DNA of 37,439 bases. Source: Octopus bimaculoides. Lineage: Eukaryota. The position numbers and the translations under genes were made by a program. Numbering within the stretch: the first letter of the stretch is position 1; every line of letters starts with the position of its first letter. Positions 11,850 to 25,294 of the stretch are shown piece by piece. The stretch lies in contig NC_068982.1 of assembly GCF_001194135.2 (NCBI RefSeq), positions 24,042,390-24,079,828 of the forward strand, written 5' to 3'. The notes beneath the pieces were generated by a model. It saw only the letters and a list, made by a program, of their open reading frames with translations, made no database searches and was not told the origin of the DNA.

Positions 11850-12335
11850 TACTTAAAATCGCCATTCATATAGTGAAAGGAACTACATTACCAATTTTGC
11901 GTCGAAATCCAGTAACTTCTATGGCTTACCAAAAATACATAAGTCAAAAGAAATACATAATGCTATAAAGGACAAGGCTGTGAATACAAAAAACTCTTAC
12001 AATCAAAACACCTTAAACTAGGACCAACTATGGCTGCTCTAGTTTCTCCTACACGTCGTCTGAACAACCTCCTTGCAATTATCATAAACCACTACTCAGT
12101 CACATACCCAGTTTAATTCAGGATGACATCAATTTCCTGTCATGTCTGCACAAAACAACAGAATCCCATTCACTGATAGTTTTGATGTAACAAACATATA
12201 TACAAACATTCCACATGATTTAGGACTTACTGCCATGTCTAGATAACTGAAGAGTTGGCGGCGTGAGTTTCCGCCCCAATATCCGAAACTCGGAGTTTTA
12301 TCAAGCCCACGGAATAACTGTCACATATTATTTAC
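11850..12335 (+). mobile_element. Penelope-like element reverse transcriptase fragment, frameshifted
   Basis: Successive frames give YITNFASKSSNFYGLPKIHKSKEI, SPTRRLNNLLAII, KPLLSHIPSLIQDDINFL and SFDVTNIYTNIPHDLGL. FYGLPKIHK and SFDVTNLYTNIP are hallmark PLE RT motifs. Confidence 0.9.
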
Positions 12336-12370
<35 letters not shown>

Positions 12371-14425
12371 NNNNNNNNNNNNNNNNNNNNNNNNNNNNNN
12401 NNNNNNNNNNNNNNNNNNNNNNNNNNNNNNNNNNNNNNNNNNNNNNNNNNNNNNNNNNNNNNNNNNNNNNNNNNNNNNNNNNNNNNNNNNNNNNNNNNNN
12501 NNNNNNNNNNNNNNNNNNNNNNNNNNNNNNNNNNNNNNNNNNNNNNNNNNNNNNNNNNNNNNNNNNNNNNNNNNNNNNNNNNNNNNNNNNNNNNNNNNNN
12601 NNNNNNNNNNNNNNNNNNNNNNNNNNNNNNNNNNNNNNNNNNNNNNNNNNNNNNNNNNNNNNNNNNNNNNNNNNNNNNNNNNNNNNNNNNNNNNNNNNNN
12701 NNNNNNNNNNNNNNNNNNNNNNNNNNNNNNNNNNNNNNNNNNNNNNNNNNNNNNNNNNNNNNNNNNNNNNNNNNNNNNNNNNNNNNNNNNNNNNNNNNNN
12801 NNNNNNNNNNNNNNNNNNNNNNNNNNNNNNNNNNNNNNNNNNNNNNNNNNNNNNNNNNNNNNNNNNNNNNNNNNNNNNNNNNNNNNNNNNNNNNNNNNNN
12901 NNNNNNNNNNNNNNNNNNNNNNNNNNNNNNNNNNNNNNNNNNNNNNNNNNNNNNNNNNNNNNNNNNNNNNNNNNNNNNNNNNNNNNNNNNNNNNNNNNNN
13001 NNNNNNTATATATATATATATATATATATGGAGAAAGAGAGTTTGTTTACATATGACGTAATCTATATGACATTTAGCGTTTCTCGATGACATTATGACT
13101 TCTAAAATTACAGAATAATTCACCGGTCGGCAGCTACAGAAATTTCAGTCCCAAGAATTCACAGTGGAACAGGGTCAACCTTAGAATCCCTGAGGCCATC
13201 CTCATACAACAAAAGAAACACTAAATCAACAATGGAAGGGAGTTACTGCATCTTTTGCTAAGCATAGCGAAACGAACATAAATGCAAAGGCACACGCAAA
13301 CACGAACATAAATGCATAGAAAGACGCACACACATGTATAAATACATACGCTCACATACAAACATGAATACAAACACGAAGAAGCTTGCATTTAAAAAAC
13401 ACACGAACATAGATAATTACAAATATACACACATACATACGTAGTGAACCCGCAATTTCTGTTTCACTACAAAGACATGATTTGGCATACAACTATCGTG
13501 CAGGCCGAAACGATGAGATTTTGAAACACTCTTCGTAGCCATGGAACCGCACCGGCGCCGAATATCACATTACATATTTCAAAACAGAGTACATAAAAAA
13601 AGCGTTAAGAAATAGCGCTGTACTTGGTCCATGATGGTGGGGGATATCACATGCTATGTCAATACCTCGATGTGTGTATGTGTGCGTGTGTGTAATTTTG
13701 TGAGGATATATGATTGTGCGTATAGTTTCTTTACCGAAAATATGAATAAATGACTCCTTAAGTCCTATATGTTATAAGAACGGATGCTATGCATCATCAT
13801 CTTTTAAGAGAATCCTTTCCTACATGTTCTCATACTTAATGAGAAACATGTAGAAAATTAATGTTTATTGATATCAATATATATTTCTTTTTAAATATCA
13901 ATGGAAACCTTTAATATAGCTTTTCTTCAATTATTTGATCCGTTGCAAATAGCTCTAATTTATATTCTCCAAATTTCGATAATTCATTTTCTTGTTTCAG
14001 GCTGAATTCAAGTGCCTCTTCTATATTTTTTTATTGCCTTATGTTGTTTTCTCTTTAAATAATCGAACCAAATACACACTTTGTTAAAATTACATATGTT
14101 TTTATTCAACAGATTGCAAATGTTCACATTGCTTCAAGACTTGAATTTACGCGGAACCTGAAGATATGCATTTAATGTCACATAGTTGCTTTATAATTTG
14201 AATATAAAAAAAAATGTATATATATTTGCTTACGAGATTAATATCACCTCAGTTAAGAACGAATACATTTTGCCGGAAAGTTTTCCATTCATCATTTGTG
14301 TTTTAACTGTATTTGTTTTTAAAGTATTTGATAAATGTTTGTATACAACATTATTGAAATTGTGTTGCTAACAAATTATATGCATACATGTTTGCATGCA
14401 TGCATACATACATATGTGTATGTAT

Positions 14426-14915
14426 GTCATTATTCAGTTTATTTCAATATTTCTTAGCAATAGTGAAAGAACAGGTTCCTAACCTAGATCTACTGTTCCT
14501 TCATTGGAATTTCAACACCAACAACAGGGTATTTTTGTATGTATGTAGTTATGTATGTATGTATGTATGTATGTATGCATGCATGAATGTCAGTATGTAG
14601 GAATGTAAGTATGTATGTATGTATGTATATACGCATTTATGCATGCATGTATGTGCAGATTTGTTTGCTTTATGTATGTTTTCTCATGCATATAGTTTCA
14701 TATCTAGACATGCTCATATATATATTGAAATGATAAACTTCTTGAAAGTTTTACTGATTTTTACAGTTACAGTGATGGATTTGATCTGTAGTCTTCGAAT
14801 TAGCTTTCTCCTTTCTGGTTTTGAGAAGCCTAATTTCTCAAGATTGGTATTTAGGCAGCGTGCTACATATTCCAGGGCCCCAATAATTACAGATATAAAC
14901 CTGAACTTGTAATCT
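14426..14915 (-). mobile_element. R4/Dong-clade LINE, short 5'-truncated copy A (ORF end, 3' UTR, (ACAT)n tail)
   Basis: Minus strand DYKFRFISVIIGALEYVARCLNTNLEKLGFSKPERRKLIRRLQIKSITVTVKISKTFKKF (end of a restriction-like endonuclease ORF), then a 3' UTR ending ...aaataaactgaataatgacatacatac. Confidence 0.85.
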
Positions 14916-14953
14916 CTATGTATGTGTGTATGTATGTAGATGTATGCATGTAT

Positions 14954-16050
14954 GTCATTATTCAGTTTAATTTGAAGATTTCTTGCTAATAGAGAAAGAT
15001 CAAATTAATAACCTAAACCCAAAGCTCCATCCTTCGAATTTCAACACCATCAATATGGTACATTTGGATGCATATGTGTATATGTGCAGTATTTGGAGTC
15101 AGTACATTTGTTGATTTACACGCTATATTTTATGTATGTCTTGTCATGCATATAGTCGCATATGTAGACTTGCGAAAACAAAATTAAATGATAAAAAAAA
15201 GGGAAGTTTTACAAACATTTACACATTCAGTGATGGCGTGGATCTGTAGTCTTTGAATCAGCTTTATCCTTTCTGGTTTTCTGAAGATTAATTTCTCAAG
15301 ATTGGTACTTAGATAATGTATTACATATTCAATAATTGCTCCAATAATTACAGGTAATCTAAGTAGAGTAACTGTTTATTTGTCAATAGTTGATCGTAGA
15401 TATTTCCTTTTCCGCGGATTTTTAGCTTTATATTTACATCCGCTGGACAGCTGGTTTCTACTAATCTACAGCGTTTCTCTTCTCTGCCCCAAATTACTAT
15501 GTCAAATATATTATGATAACATTTTACTGAGATATTTCACTGGGCAACCTTAGGCTCATCCTTTCATCTGACGATACGCTGAGATAGAGTTCTGCGACAT
15601 CTCTGGGAATGTATTCAAGGTTATCAGACAAGGAATGCTGCTCATGGAGTTGCTTTCCAATTCTTATGTTGTTATCTGCCTCGTGTATGCAAACTTGGTC
15701 AAGGGATGCACTTCGACACTTGGTAGTTAAAAGATGTTGTTGAAAGGATATGATATAACATTCAAAGCTTAGTCTGCATCGATATTAAGCCTCTTCCTTC
15801 TTGTTTTCGTTTTAGGTCAGGGTGTTCCACACCATTGTTGATGTGGAAATTGTGTGTGCTGGTTAGCATCCTGCTGGTTTTCATGTCAATGGCTCAGAAC
15901 TCATCAATCGACAAATCAAGGAGCCCAAATGCTTGTATGAGTGCTGGTACTGAAAACTTACTGTGGGTCATTGTTTTATTGAATGCAGAATGTCCACAGA
16001 TCCATATTTTCTTTATGCAGCTGTAATATTTCTTAGTGACTGGTGTTTTA
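14954..16050 (-). mobile_element. R4/Dong-clade LINE copy B (RT C-terminus, internal deletion, RLE domain, 3' UTR)
   Basis: Minus strand CIKKIWICGHSAFNK...FSVPALIQAFGLLD...AIDMKTSRMLTSTHNFHINNG...KRKQEGRGLIS, then DIVIWGREEKRCRLVETSCPADVNIKLK (RLE motif). Its 3' UTR is homologous to copy A. Confidence 0.88.
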
Positions 16051-16391
16051 CTAAAGGTACCATCGAAAGATATATATTTTATCTAACCATAGGCCCCTGT
16101 AAGATTTCTTATCACATTTAGGAGAAATAATTAAATTATTGATGGACATTCTGCTATTCAAATTAATTACCCCTTATAACAACGTCTAACCTGACCAGAC
16201 TAAAACCCAATATCTTTTGAGAGCGTTGTAACCAGGTCAAGCCTCTTTTTCAATGTACGTATATGTGTTACGTATGTTGCTTACAGTTCCTATAAAGTAA
16301 GAGCAACATAAAATGTACTCCATCCCGTGAGAGATAAATATGATTTAATGCACACGGTATAAAGATACGAGCTACTAATATTCTCTTGCAG

Positions 16392-16600
16392 TGAAGAGTC
16401 CAAGGAGGCTTTTATAACACGCTTTATGTCTCCACACAATTTTCAAGCTTTGAACCCATTGCCTACTCTATTTGAAAATCAAGATGCTGGTTTAATGAAA
16501 TATTATTTTTCGTTTAATCGAAAAGATCTCACCGGATATTTGGATTAAAACTCTTGGTGGAGTAGCGGTATTTAAGAAATTTGCAATTCAAAAGGCCTGG
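16392..16600 (+). pseudogene. Possible frameshifted coding relic, unidentified
   Basis: ttctcttgcAG acceptor, then EESKEAFITRFMSPHNFQALNPLPTLFENQDAGLMKYYF. A 1-nt shift in a T-run (about 16506-16510) continues as RLIEKISPDIWIKTLGGVAVFKKFAIQKAW. Confidence 0.15.
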
Positions 16601-16873
16601 GTGTATAGTCCGCTTTCATTTAGTACTTTCAGCTCTATAATGTCCGATGTAGAATTACTATTTCTTTTTTCTATATAAAATTCGAAGTATAATACTATAT
16701 TCATCGGAAGTGACTATATTTTAGTAAAACATATTACTACCATCGTATGCATTTAATTTTGGATTTTAGTTAACATTATCATTGATATCACGTTAGTGTG
16801 CTAAATAAAAATTTTAGTAAACGCCTATATATATGAATATTATTTTTTCGACTGTTATCGTTCATATATTGTA

Positions 16874-17007
16874 TCTACTATGAGTACAATGCCTGTAATT
16901 TTAGGGGTAGCTGATTACATTGACGCTGGTGTTCATATAGTATTTATTTTATCGACCCCGAAATGATAAAATGCAAACATCAGGAGAATTAGAACTCTAA
17001 ACGTAAA
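16874..17007 (-). mobile_element. Degenerate partial copy of the same SINE family as 5477-5681
   Basis: Plus strand ttttatcgaccccgaaatgataaaatgcaaa...gaattagaactctaaacgtaaa matches the family core; the start of the tRNA head is missing. Confidence 0.75.
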
Positions 17008-17581
17008 ATTTTATTTCATAATTTACCTGCTATCTAAATACTTGTTCTCTAATTATTAATTAATAATTTTAAGGAAAAAAAATAGATATTATAAAACAAG
17101 CAATTTCAATAAAATTCATGAGTGTTTGTAGAGAGTGTTATATTTTTTATTCAAGAACCAATCGATATATATATAGGATCTTTTTCATTGATGGAGAAAG
17201 GCGAGAATTTTGGAGTAGCCAACCACAAATCATGTATATGCCTAATTCTAGGTATTTAAATTATATGATAAATCATAATGTAGCTCCTTTCTTCTATAAG
17301 CAAAGGTGTTTGATTTCATAAGGTTTTTTTCTTTTTCCTTTTCTAGCCATAGTATTTAAAAATGTTTTAAATGATTAGATAATACTCTGCTATCACTTTG
17401 TATGTACACAAATCATAAAGGTCATTTTAGAGTTGTATTTCAGCAACAACAGACCTTATAACTTGATGTTAATTCACATATATTTCGTTTAGCTTGGTAG
17501 ATTATATAATGTGTGTGAGTGTCTGCGTATAAATGCACACGTCTCTCCCACTCCTACACACACACACACATATCCCTTCTT

Positions 17582-17582
17582 A

Positions 17583-17633
<51 letters not shown>

Positions 17634-17690
17634 ATGTCTATCTATCTATTTATCTATCTATCTATCTACCTATCTATATGTCTATATATA
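17582..17690. repeat. (TATC)n microsatellite running into a gap
   Basis: Direct reading. Confidence 0.95.
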
Positions 17691-18646
17691 NNNNNNNNNN
17701 NNNNNNNNNNNNNNNNNNNNNNNNNNNNNNNNNNNNNNNNNNNNNNNNNNNNNNNNNNNNNNNNNNNNNNNNNNNNNNNNNNNNNNNNNNNNNNNNNNNN
17801 NNNNNNNNNNNNNNNNNNNNNNNNNNNNNNNNNNNNNNNNNNNNNNNNNNNNNNNNNNNNNNNNNNNNNNNNNNNNNNNNNNNNNNNNNNNNNNNNNNNN
17901 NNNNNNNNNNNNNNNNNNNNNNNNNNNNNNNNNNNNNNNNNNNNNNNNNNNNNNNNNNNNNNNNNNNNNNNNNNNNNNNNNNNNNNNNNNNNNNNNNNNN
18001 NNNNNNNNNNNNNNNNNNNNNNNNNNNNNNNNNNNNNNNNNNNNNNNNNNNNNNNNNNNNNNNNNNNNNNNNNNNNNNNNNNNNNNNNNNNNNNNNNNNN
18101 NNNNNNNNNNNNNNNNNNNNNNNNNNNNNNNNNNNNNNNNNNNNNNNNNNNNNNNNNNNNNNNNNNNNNNNNNNNNNNNTATATATATATATATGTATGT
18201 ATGTATATGTATGTATGTATGTTTCTCTATAATTTGCCTGTTGTTTTATTTAAAATTTTATAAATTGCATTTTGCGAAATTAAATAAACCACGTATTCAA
18301 TTTAAATGTCAATTCCTTGCGACATTTATTGCCATGTGTAATTTATACGTCCGAATTTTTTCTAAGAATTAAATAAATGATGATGTAAGACAATGGATGT
18401 AACTTTCAATTTACCATTCGTTATATTTTTGTATCCTAATAATTTGTACTTTACAGATATAAATAACTGTGATGCTTAAGCAATGTTATTAGATATTGTT
18501 TAGTAATAATGATTCATCAGTTGTCTTATTTCGCAAATAATATATTATAATTGCGTTAAGTTAATATTTATGATATATGTTTTGTCATCAGGCTATCACG
18601 CTGCTAAAAGTACATTATGTTACCGTGCATTTGTCCAGTTAGTTTA

Positions 18647-19485
18647 CAAGGCAGCATCAAAAACCTCCCGGATTAGTTATGTTTAATAAAAATAAAGCAC
18701 TTACTTACGTTCGAACATCATCTTCTTCGAAATTGTCACCCTGTGCAGCTATAAACTGGTCCCAGTTTTCCTGCCACTTTTGAATCCGGCCTGGAAGTCG
18801 TTTTCCGTAAGCGAGTCGGGGACCTTACGCGATTCGTTTGGATCTCGACAACGGGGTTAAAAATGAGCTGCCCTTTCATCTTGGGGAAAAGATGGAAGTT
18901 CGCAGAAGCTAAATCTGGTGAACAGAACGGGTGCGGAAGCGATATCATGTTGTATTTAGCGAGTAAGTCTCGATTGAACAGAACTCAGTGATAGAATGTA
19001 TTTTTGTCTTCAATAATCCAGTTCTAAGCGCTCCACAGATCCAGTCGCATTCGTTGCATGTCTTCCTTTAAATGCTTCAAACGTCATTGATTTCCCTCTC
19101 ACGATCCTCATGAAAAAGCTAATGGATTTCACCACATTTCCTTAGATGATGCCCGTGGCAGTCATCCGTTTTTGAAGCGCCTGTGCCACTCGAAATATTG
19201 CGTACGACCAATTGCATCGTCTTTGTAGCAGACTTACTACGTTTAACGCAAAATTTCATGCTGCCACTTTTTTCCAATTTCCTGTCCATGAAAATAATCG
19301 CAGACTGCAGTATGCATGTAATCACAAAAACACAAATTTCACAACTTGCGGAGTAAACACAGTGATGCCACTCGGCACACAGCCTTCTGTAGGTCACTGC
19401 TAACTGTCACTATGCACGCAACTGTGTACTGCTATATTTTGGCGCGCTACGGAACTAGTTACGGAACTTTGTTAATACATAGACG
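18647..19485 (-). mobile_element. Mariner-family DNA transposon, internally deleted and inactive
   Basis: Minus strand MDRKLEKSGSMKFCVKRSKSATKT, GRTQYFEWHRRFKNG and MISLPHPFCSPDLASANFHLFPKMK (decayed YSPDLAP motif). Degenerate TIRs at both ends and a TA at 18645-18646. Confidence 0.9.
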
Positions 19486-20080
19486 GTGAACAATGAGTAA
19501 TCTAATACAATCACTCACAAGTTCAAAATGATGTTCTGGTTTTTCTTTTTTTTTTTCATATTCTCTTTTCAATTTTCTCTATATCGCACTCTCATGTTCC
19601 ATATGAGTTTAATCTTCACTCAAAATGAATGAAACGACTTAACGGGTTACTTGTCACTTAATATTGTTTTTTTTCTGTAATGTTTTGGAGATGATTTGCA
19701 TGTATTGTATTGTTCTGTAGAAAATGTTGGTCACTTGAATCATTGAAGATAATGCCAACCATAAGCTGACCATATAATACAGTCAAACCTATAGAATGAT
19801 GCTCCTTTCATTCGTGGACAGATACATGATAGCTATATTATATGAAAGGTTTGTCTGATCCGAAACCATAAGTCTAAAACTCACATGTACGTACGAATAT
19901 TACTGCTAAGACTGCAGTCACGTACTTCTATCTGTATATTTATTCACATTCAAATTATATCGGCAGCAGACTTTTGAAACAATTCTGAAAACAAATTTAT
20001 CGAGGCGATTAACTTCTATAGTGAGTTGATCTCAGATTCTTTTCATATGTAAAAGCTCGTGAGTTTGAGCTCTTTTACAG

Positions 20081-20270
20081 TTGCTTTTTGTATCAAGATC
20101 GAAAGGCTTACATCGCAGCCTATCGAAATGACAATTACCGCAAATGGATTGTGAATATTGCGGGATTTAACGTAAACGTTTCACATTCTTTTGAAATTAT
20201 TCCAGCGGAAACTGATTTCATAAAGACATGCTTCTTAAACAAAGAACACATTATTAAATTTCAAAGCTAA
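20081..20270 (+). CDS. Candidate terminal exon or coding relic, unidentified
   Basis: ctcttttacAG acceptor, CFLYQDRKAYIAAYRNDNYRKWIVNIAGFNVNVSHSFEIIPAETDFIKTCFLNKEHIIKFQS-stop; the frame stays open for about 80 codons. Confidence 0.17.
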
Positions 20271-20827
20271 TATCCTTTGTATACTTTCATGTGTTTCTTA
20301 CACTATGAATGATTGCCACATAAAGATTTAAAATATGATATAAAAATCTAGGTATGTGTAATCTGTAAGATAATATAATTTGGTAAGTTGAAAATATGAG
20401 AAGATTTAGATAAATATTAGGAATTGTCAACTGACATAATATGAAGAGGACATGAGGTATGATAATAAAATGGGTTCATATTACTTGAATCATGGCTAGA
20501 AAATCTATTAAGTTCGTATTTTATAAGATATCACACTTTACTTAGCATGTTATGATGTTAATATTTCTTCAGTGTAACGTATTAAACTACAGGGACAAAA
20601 AGATATTTTTCTTTCAAGAATTACACATAAGTATATAGATTCACATATATGTGTGCGTGTGTCTATGCGACCTATGTGTTTTTGTGCGATTGCATAGTGT
20701 GTGTGTGGGCGCATGTCTATGCATATATAAATACATACATGCATAAATATATATATATACATATAGTGTATTTATAAATATATCCGAAGATCGATAGATA
20801 GATAGATAGATATATATGTGAGCGCGA

Positions 20828-20867
<40 letters not shown>

Positions 20868-22116
20868 GTGTGCATATGTATATGCATATATATTGATAAA
20901 TTATATATAAACATATATACATACATATATTCATATATATACAAATATACATACATNNNNNNNNNNNNNNNNNNNNNNNNNNNNNNNNNNNNNNNNNNNN
21001 NNNNNNNNNNNNNNNNNNNNNNNNNNNNNNNNNNNNNNNNNNNNNNNNNNNNNNNNNNNNNNNNNNNNNNNNNNNNNNNNNNNNNNNNNNNNNNNNNNNN
21101 NNNNNNNNNNNNNNNNNNNNNNNNNNNNNNNNNNNNNNNNNNNNNNNNNNNNNNNNNNNNNNNNNNNNNNNNNNNNNNNNNNNNNNNNNNNNNNNNNNNN
21201 NNNNNNNNNNNNNNNNNNNNNNNNNNNNNNNNNNNNNNNNNNNNNNNNNNNNNNNNNNNNNNNNNNNNNNNNNNNNNNNNNNNNNNNTTTTTTTCTTGAT
21301 AGAAGATAAGGATTGTGTTTATCTGTGTGATCTATAATGTAACATGGAAACTTAATATTTTGTTTTTAAGAGTTATTGCTTTCTCAATATTGAATACGGT
21401 TATACGAGACATGACATTTGGTTTTGACATAACATTATTGGTTATATTTGCCTGTTGCTACACATTCTGCAGAAGAATGTTCCATTATTTGTAAACTTCT
21501 AATGTAATATTCATAGATATATAATCTAACAACATCAACGCTATTTTTCTCTGGAAATTGATTGCACTATTTAGAAATGTTACCGTTTCGCTTTTCTATA
21601 ATTATTAAACGGTTCTTTGTAATGTCTTCTCCTCTATTTTGTATAAATTCGCATAATGCGTCCCGCACAAAGGTATCTTTAAATATAAGGAATCATTGAA
21701 GATGGGGTATTTATGTGATTACTCACTCTTTAACATACTCAAGCACAGACCCATCACTCAAAAACCAGCACGCACACACACACACAAATACACCCAAATA
21801 CACAGGCACGCACAGACTCATGCGATCTTGAACTCTAAAACCATCAGTGCAACCATCTTTGCAAAACATACATAGAAGATTGGAGATGAAGAAAAAAGTT
21901 TAGTCATTATCCTAAAATTCTTATAAAAATTGATTTCTGAGGAACTTTTGAGAAAGCAACACATGCTTTCTCCTATCAAATACTGTCTACAAATTCTTTC
22001 TGTATATAAGCCTATAAACAATTATGATTTGTGATGAATTTATAAACAATTATGAACTTATTTTACTTGCCTATTTTGAGCACTGTTATGTAAACTGCTT
22101 AAACACAAAACCTCTC

Positions 22117-22188
22117 TTAACATTTTCTTATCACTGTCAAAGATTCTACCATTTAACATTTTCTTATCATTCTCAAATACTCTATCAC
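22117..22188. repeat. 36-bp tandem duplication, 2 copies
   Basis: ttaacattttcttatcactgtcaaagattctaccat versus ttaacattttcttatcattctcaaatactctatcac, about 30/36 identical. Confidence 0.8.
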
Positions 22189-23049
22189 TGTATTTTAATT
22201 CTACAAAGGAACAAAGGCGACACAACACCACAAATGCTACACAAAGATTTCCTAGATGGTAAACCATTTACCATCAACTTTCCTAGTTTCCTAGATGGTA
22301 AATGTTTTTATTTTATTTTCATTCCTTTCTCAATTTTATACCTAATAGCGGTTTTAGATCTTAGCTGTTCTTTCTGGCGTGAGGGACTCCTATGATGGAT
22401 ACTTCTTATGTGTTTAAATGTACACTATATTTATGAGTAATATATAAGTCTTTAGACTAAATTTTTACACGCCAGGTCACTGGTAGTACAAATTTCTAAT
22501 ATTTCTATTTCCCTTCGATATTACTAATTATTGAAAATTTTTTGGATAATGTTCGAATTTTTAACGTTGGCATTTTATTTACTGCCGACGAAAAGTTGCG
22601 CTTGCGCGGTAGATTTCAAAAATTAGAATGTATGAGCATGAGGTATATAATTGATTGCCTCGTGTATATATGTTTAAACTAAGGTGTACCTGTTGATGAA
22701 GATTTCACCTAGCAAATTATTTTATTTGCTAAATAAAAATAAAAAAAAACAATTGGTCCAGGAAACTAGATGGAAAATGTTTTTATTTTATTTTTATTCC
22801 TTTCGAAATGTTGTCCCTAACAGTGGTTTTGGAACTTAGTTGTTCTTTCTAGCNNNNNNNNNNNNNNNNNNNNNNNNNNNNNNNNNNNNNNNNNNNNNNN
22901 NNNNNNNNNNNNNNNNNNNNNNNNNNNNNNNNNNNNNNNNNNNNNNNNNNNNNNNNNNNNNNNNNNNNNNNNNNNNNNNNNNNNNNNNNNNNNNNNNNNN
23001 NNNNNNNNNNNNNNNNNNNNNNNNNNNNNNNNNNNNNNNNNNNNNATAT

Positions 23050-23168
23050 AGCGAGAGAGAGAGAGAGAGTGTGTGTGAGAGAGAGAGAGAGTGTGAGAGA
23101 GAGAGAGTGTGAGAGAGAGAGAGAGCGACATATATATCATATATAGATAGACATAGAGAGAGAGAGAA
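23050..23168. repeat. (GA)n/(GT)n compound microsatellite
   Basis: Direct reading. Confidence 0.9.
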
Positions 23169-24429
23169 ATACACATATACATATAAATAACTATGTATGT
23201 ATTCATGCATGCATGTATCTATGTATGTAAGGAGAGAGAGCTCGTGCATAAATGAAAGTGCTGGTGTGGGTCACAAGGACTGTTCAAATAACATAGTTAC
23301 ACAGATAATTTTGATACATATATTTATGTCAAATCGCACTAAAAAAGCATTAGCAATTCATCCAAATTGACTGAATTACTATGTATTCAATTAAGTTATT
23401 TCAGCATCGTTTGAAGGATTGTACTAAAATGACAATCCCATTTCTTTCAAATCACGCCGAAAATGTGAAAATAATTAAGCAAGTAAATTTCAGTTAATGG
23501 ATTTTCTTTAATGCAAGTCGTCTAATGTGTTTTCGAGCATCATTTACGATAAAAACATCAGATGGAGACAGTCCTATGCCAGACTAGACACCTTGTTTCA
23601 ATGCTTGAATATAAATTTCAAAAGCTGAAACAAAGACGTCTATAAGAATATGCCTTCTTGCATACATTCTTAAACCTCATAAAACATTGTGACGACTTAA
23701 AAGAAAAAAAAAAAAAGAATTTAGATTGCTGTTCTCTTTGCTGTCTTTTAAAGTTTTTAACCATCATACATAGGCAAATCATACGACAAATGGAGATGAG
23801 AAATCTATTAATGTAATTCTTCAACCATAGATGTTAGCAGTGTCTACGCAAAACTGACATGTCCCAATGTATGAATACTGCTTCCTCCTGCACACAAGGT
23901 TATGATATGCTACAGAACCAGTGTCATCTATTATATGTTCACCTCGCAAATATGGATGCAAGCGTTTCCACTGCTAATTTAATATTTATTTTATGAAACT
24001 CTTACCAAGAAGGCAAAAGTGTTGCTCAGTATGACAGACTGAATTAATATATTTGTTTTAATATCTCATGTAAAATACCAAGATATTGGATTAGCAATTT
24101 AAGATAGAACATCGCTCTGAAATCGGAAACCACAATTCTATATTAGCAACATCAACTATAAAAAGCTGTCTAGCTTTACGAAACATTTTGCATTGAATTG
24201 AGATTATTACACGGCTGTTCCATGCAGAAATAAGAAAACACTCACTGCTGTTCTTTAGTAGAATTCTGAACTCGGCCGAAATCTAATGCTATCAGATATT
24301 GCAAGAACGTGATACACTTAAATCACTGAAGACATTTTCCAAGAATATAATATTGCACATCTCAAAGTATTTGAGGAAATAATTTGAGTCTAAAATGTAG
24401 GCACTTCAGAGTGGTAGACAACGAAATGT

Positions 24430-25215
24430 AATTACATGTTCATCGTTGCTCGGAACGTCAACGGCCATGCTGGAAAGCACTCCGATGGATTTAATGGCGT
24501 GCAGGGAGATTACAGCTTTGGTTCTAGTAATGAGGAGGAAACAAGAGAGCTGGAGTCTTGTGATTCATATCATCTACTGGCTGGTTATGCAAGTTCAGGA
24601 GACCTGAACGTCATTCGATCACTTATCGATCTGGTGGGCACACTAGCCATATTGACTACATTCTCGCCAGAAACAGAGACAGGCTTGAGAATGCAAGGTC
24701 ATTCCTAAGTGAAGAAAATACAATTCAACATAGCTTAATGAGCAGTGAATTCAGACGTAGGGCTAGAAGGACCCAGTGACACAAAGCGATATGGAAAAAG
24801 AGGTTATGAAAACACAAGGATCTTTCAAATGGGTAAAGATTTAGAGACATTCTTAATGAAGGATTTGATGTGACGGAAGACGAGACAGAGGTATATGCAC
24901 CGAAAGCAATTAGAAGTCATTACTGTATAATCTACTGACGGCAACGAACCAAGTATCTGCTTGACGCAAAGCCTCTGTCCGACCAAGGATGGCATGATGT
25001 TGGAAGAGTCACACCGACTAAGCCGCGACAGAGACAAGACAGGTTTGGAAAAATTGGAAAAGTGAGTAGCAAAGAATCATATCAAGTGGCTTAAAGGGAT
25101 GCTAGACGTCCGGTTTATCTAGCTAGGGTAGATGCAGAAAGGAAGAGGTTTGCCAATGTCTATCCGGATCGCTAGACAGTATGTCAAATGGAATCGAGAT
25201 ATGTTGGAGTCAATT
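24430..25215 (+). mobile_element. RTE-type LINE fragment: AP-endonuclease C-terminal half plus linker
   Basis: FIVARNVNGHAGKHSDGFNGVQGDYSFGSSNEEETRELESCD (decayed GDFNGHVG...GGYGFG.RNEEG.RLLEFC), then after a frameshift ITYRSGGHTSHIDYIL and EENTIQH. Later frames give WKNWK and DARRPVYLARVDAERKRFANV. Confidence 0.88.
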
Positions 25216-25294
25216 TAGGCCACGCAGTGACATTCAAACGCACACAAGCATATATAGTTATATGTAAATAACTAAATATCATATAAAATTATGC

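Noticed and set aside
14113-14160. LQMFTLLQDLNLRGT LRR-like peptide after an acceptor
   Set aside because: Immediately followed by a stop with no donor.
14760-15360. Duplicated blocks first read as repeated host exons
   Set aside because: They translate to the C-terminus of an R4/Dong LINE ORF and are explained as two TE copies.
22024-22395. 123-aa ORF on the plus strand
   Set aside because: Its length is partly due to an in-frame 36-bp duplication and a repeated ttcctagatggtaaa; low-complexity, with no motif.
21850-23820. Short resemblance between GDEEKSLVIIL (about 21880) and GDEKSINVIL (about 23790)
   Set aside because: Only about 35 nt of gapped similarity that does not extend; likely chance.
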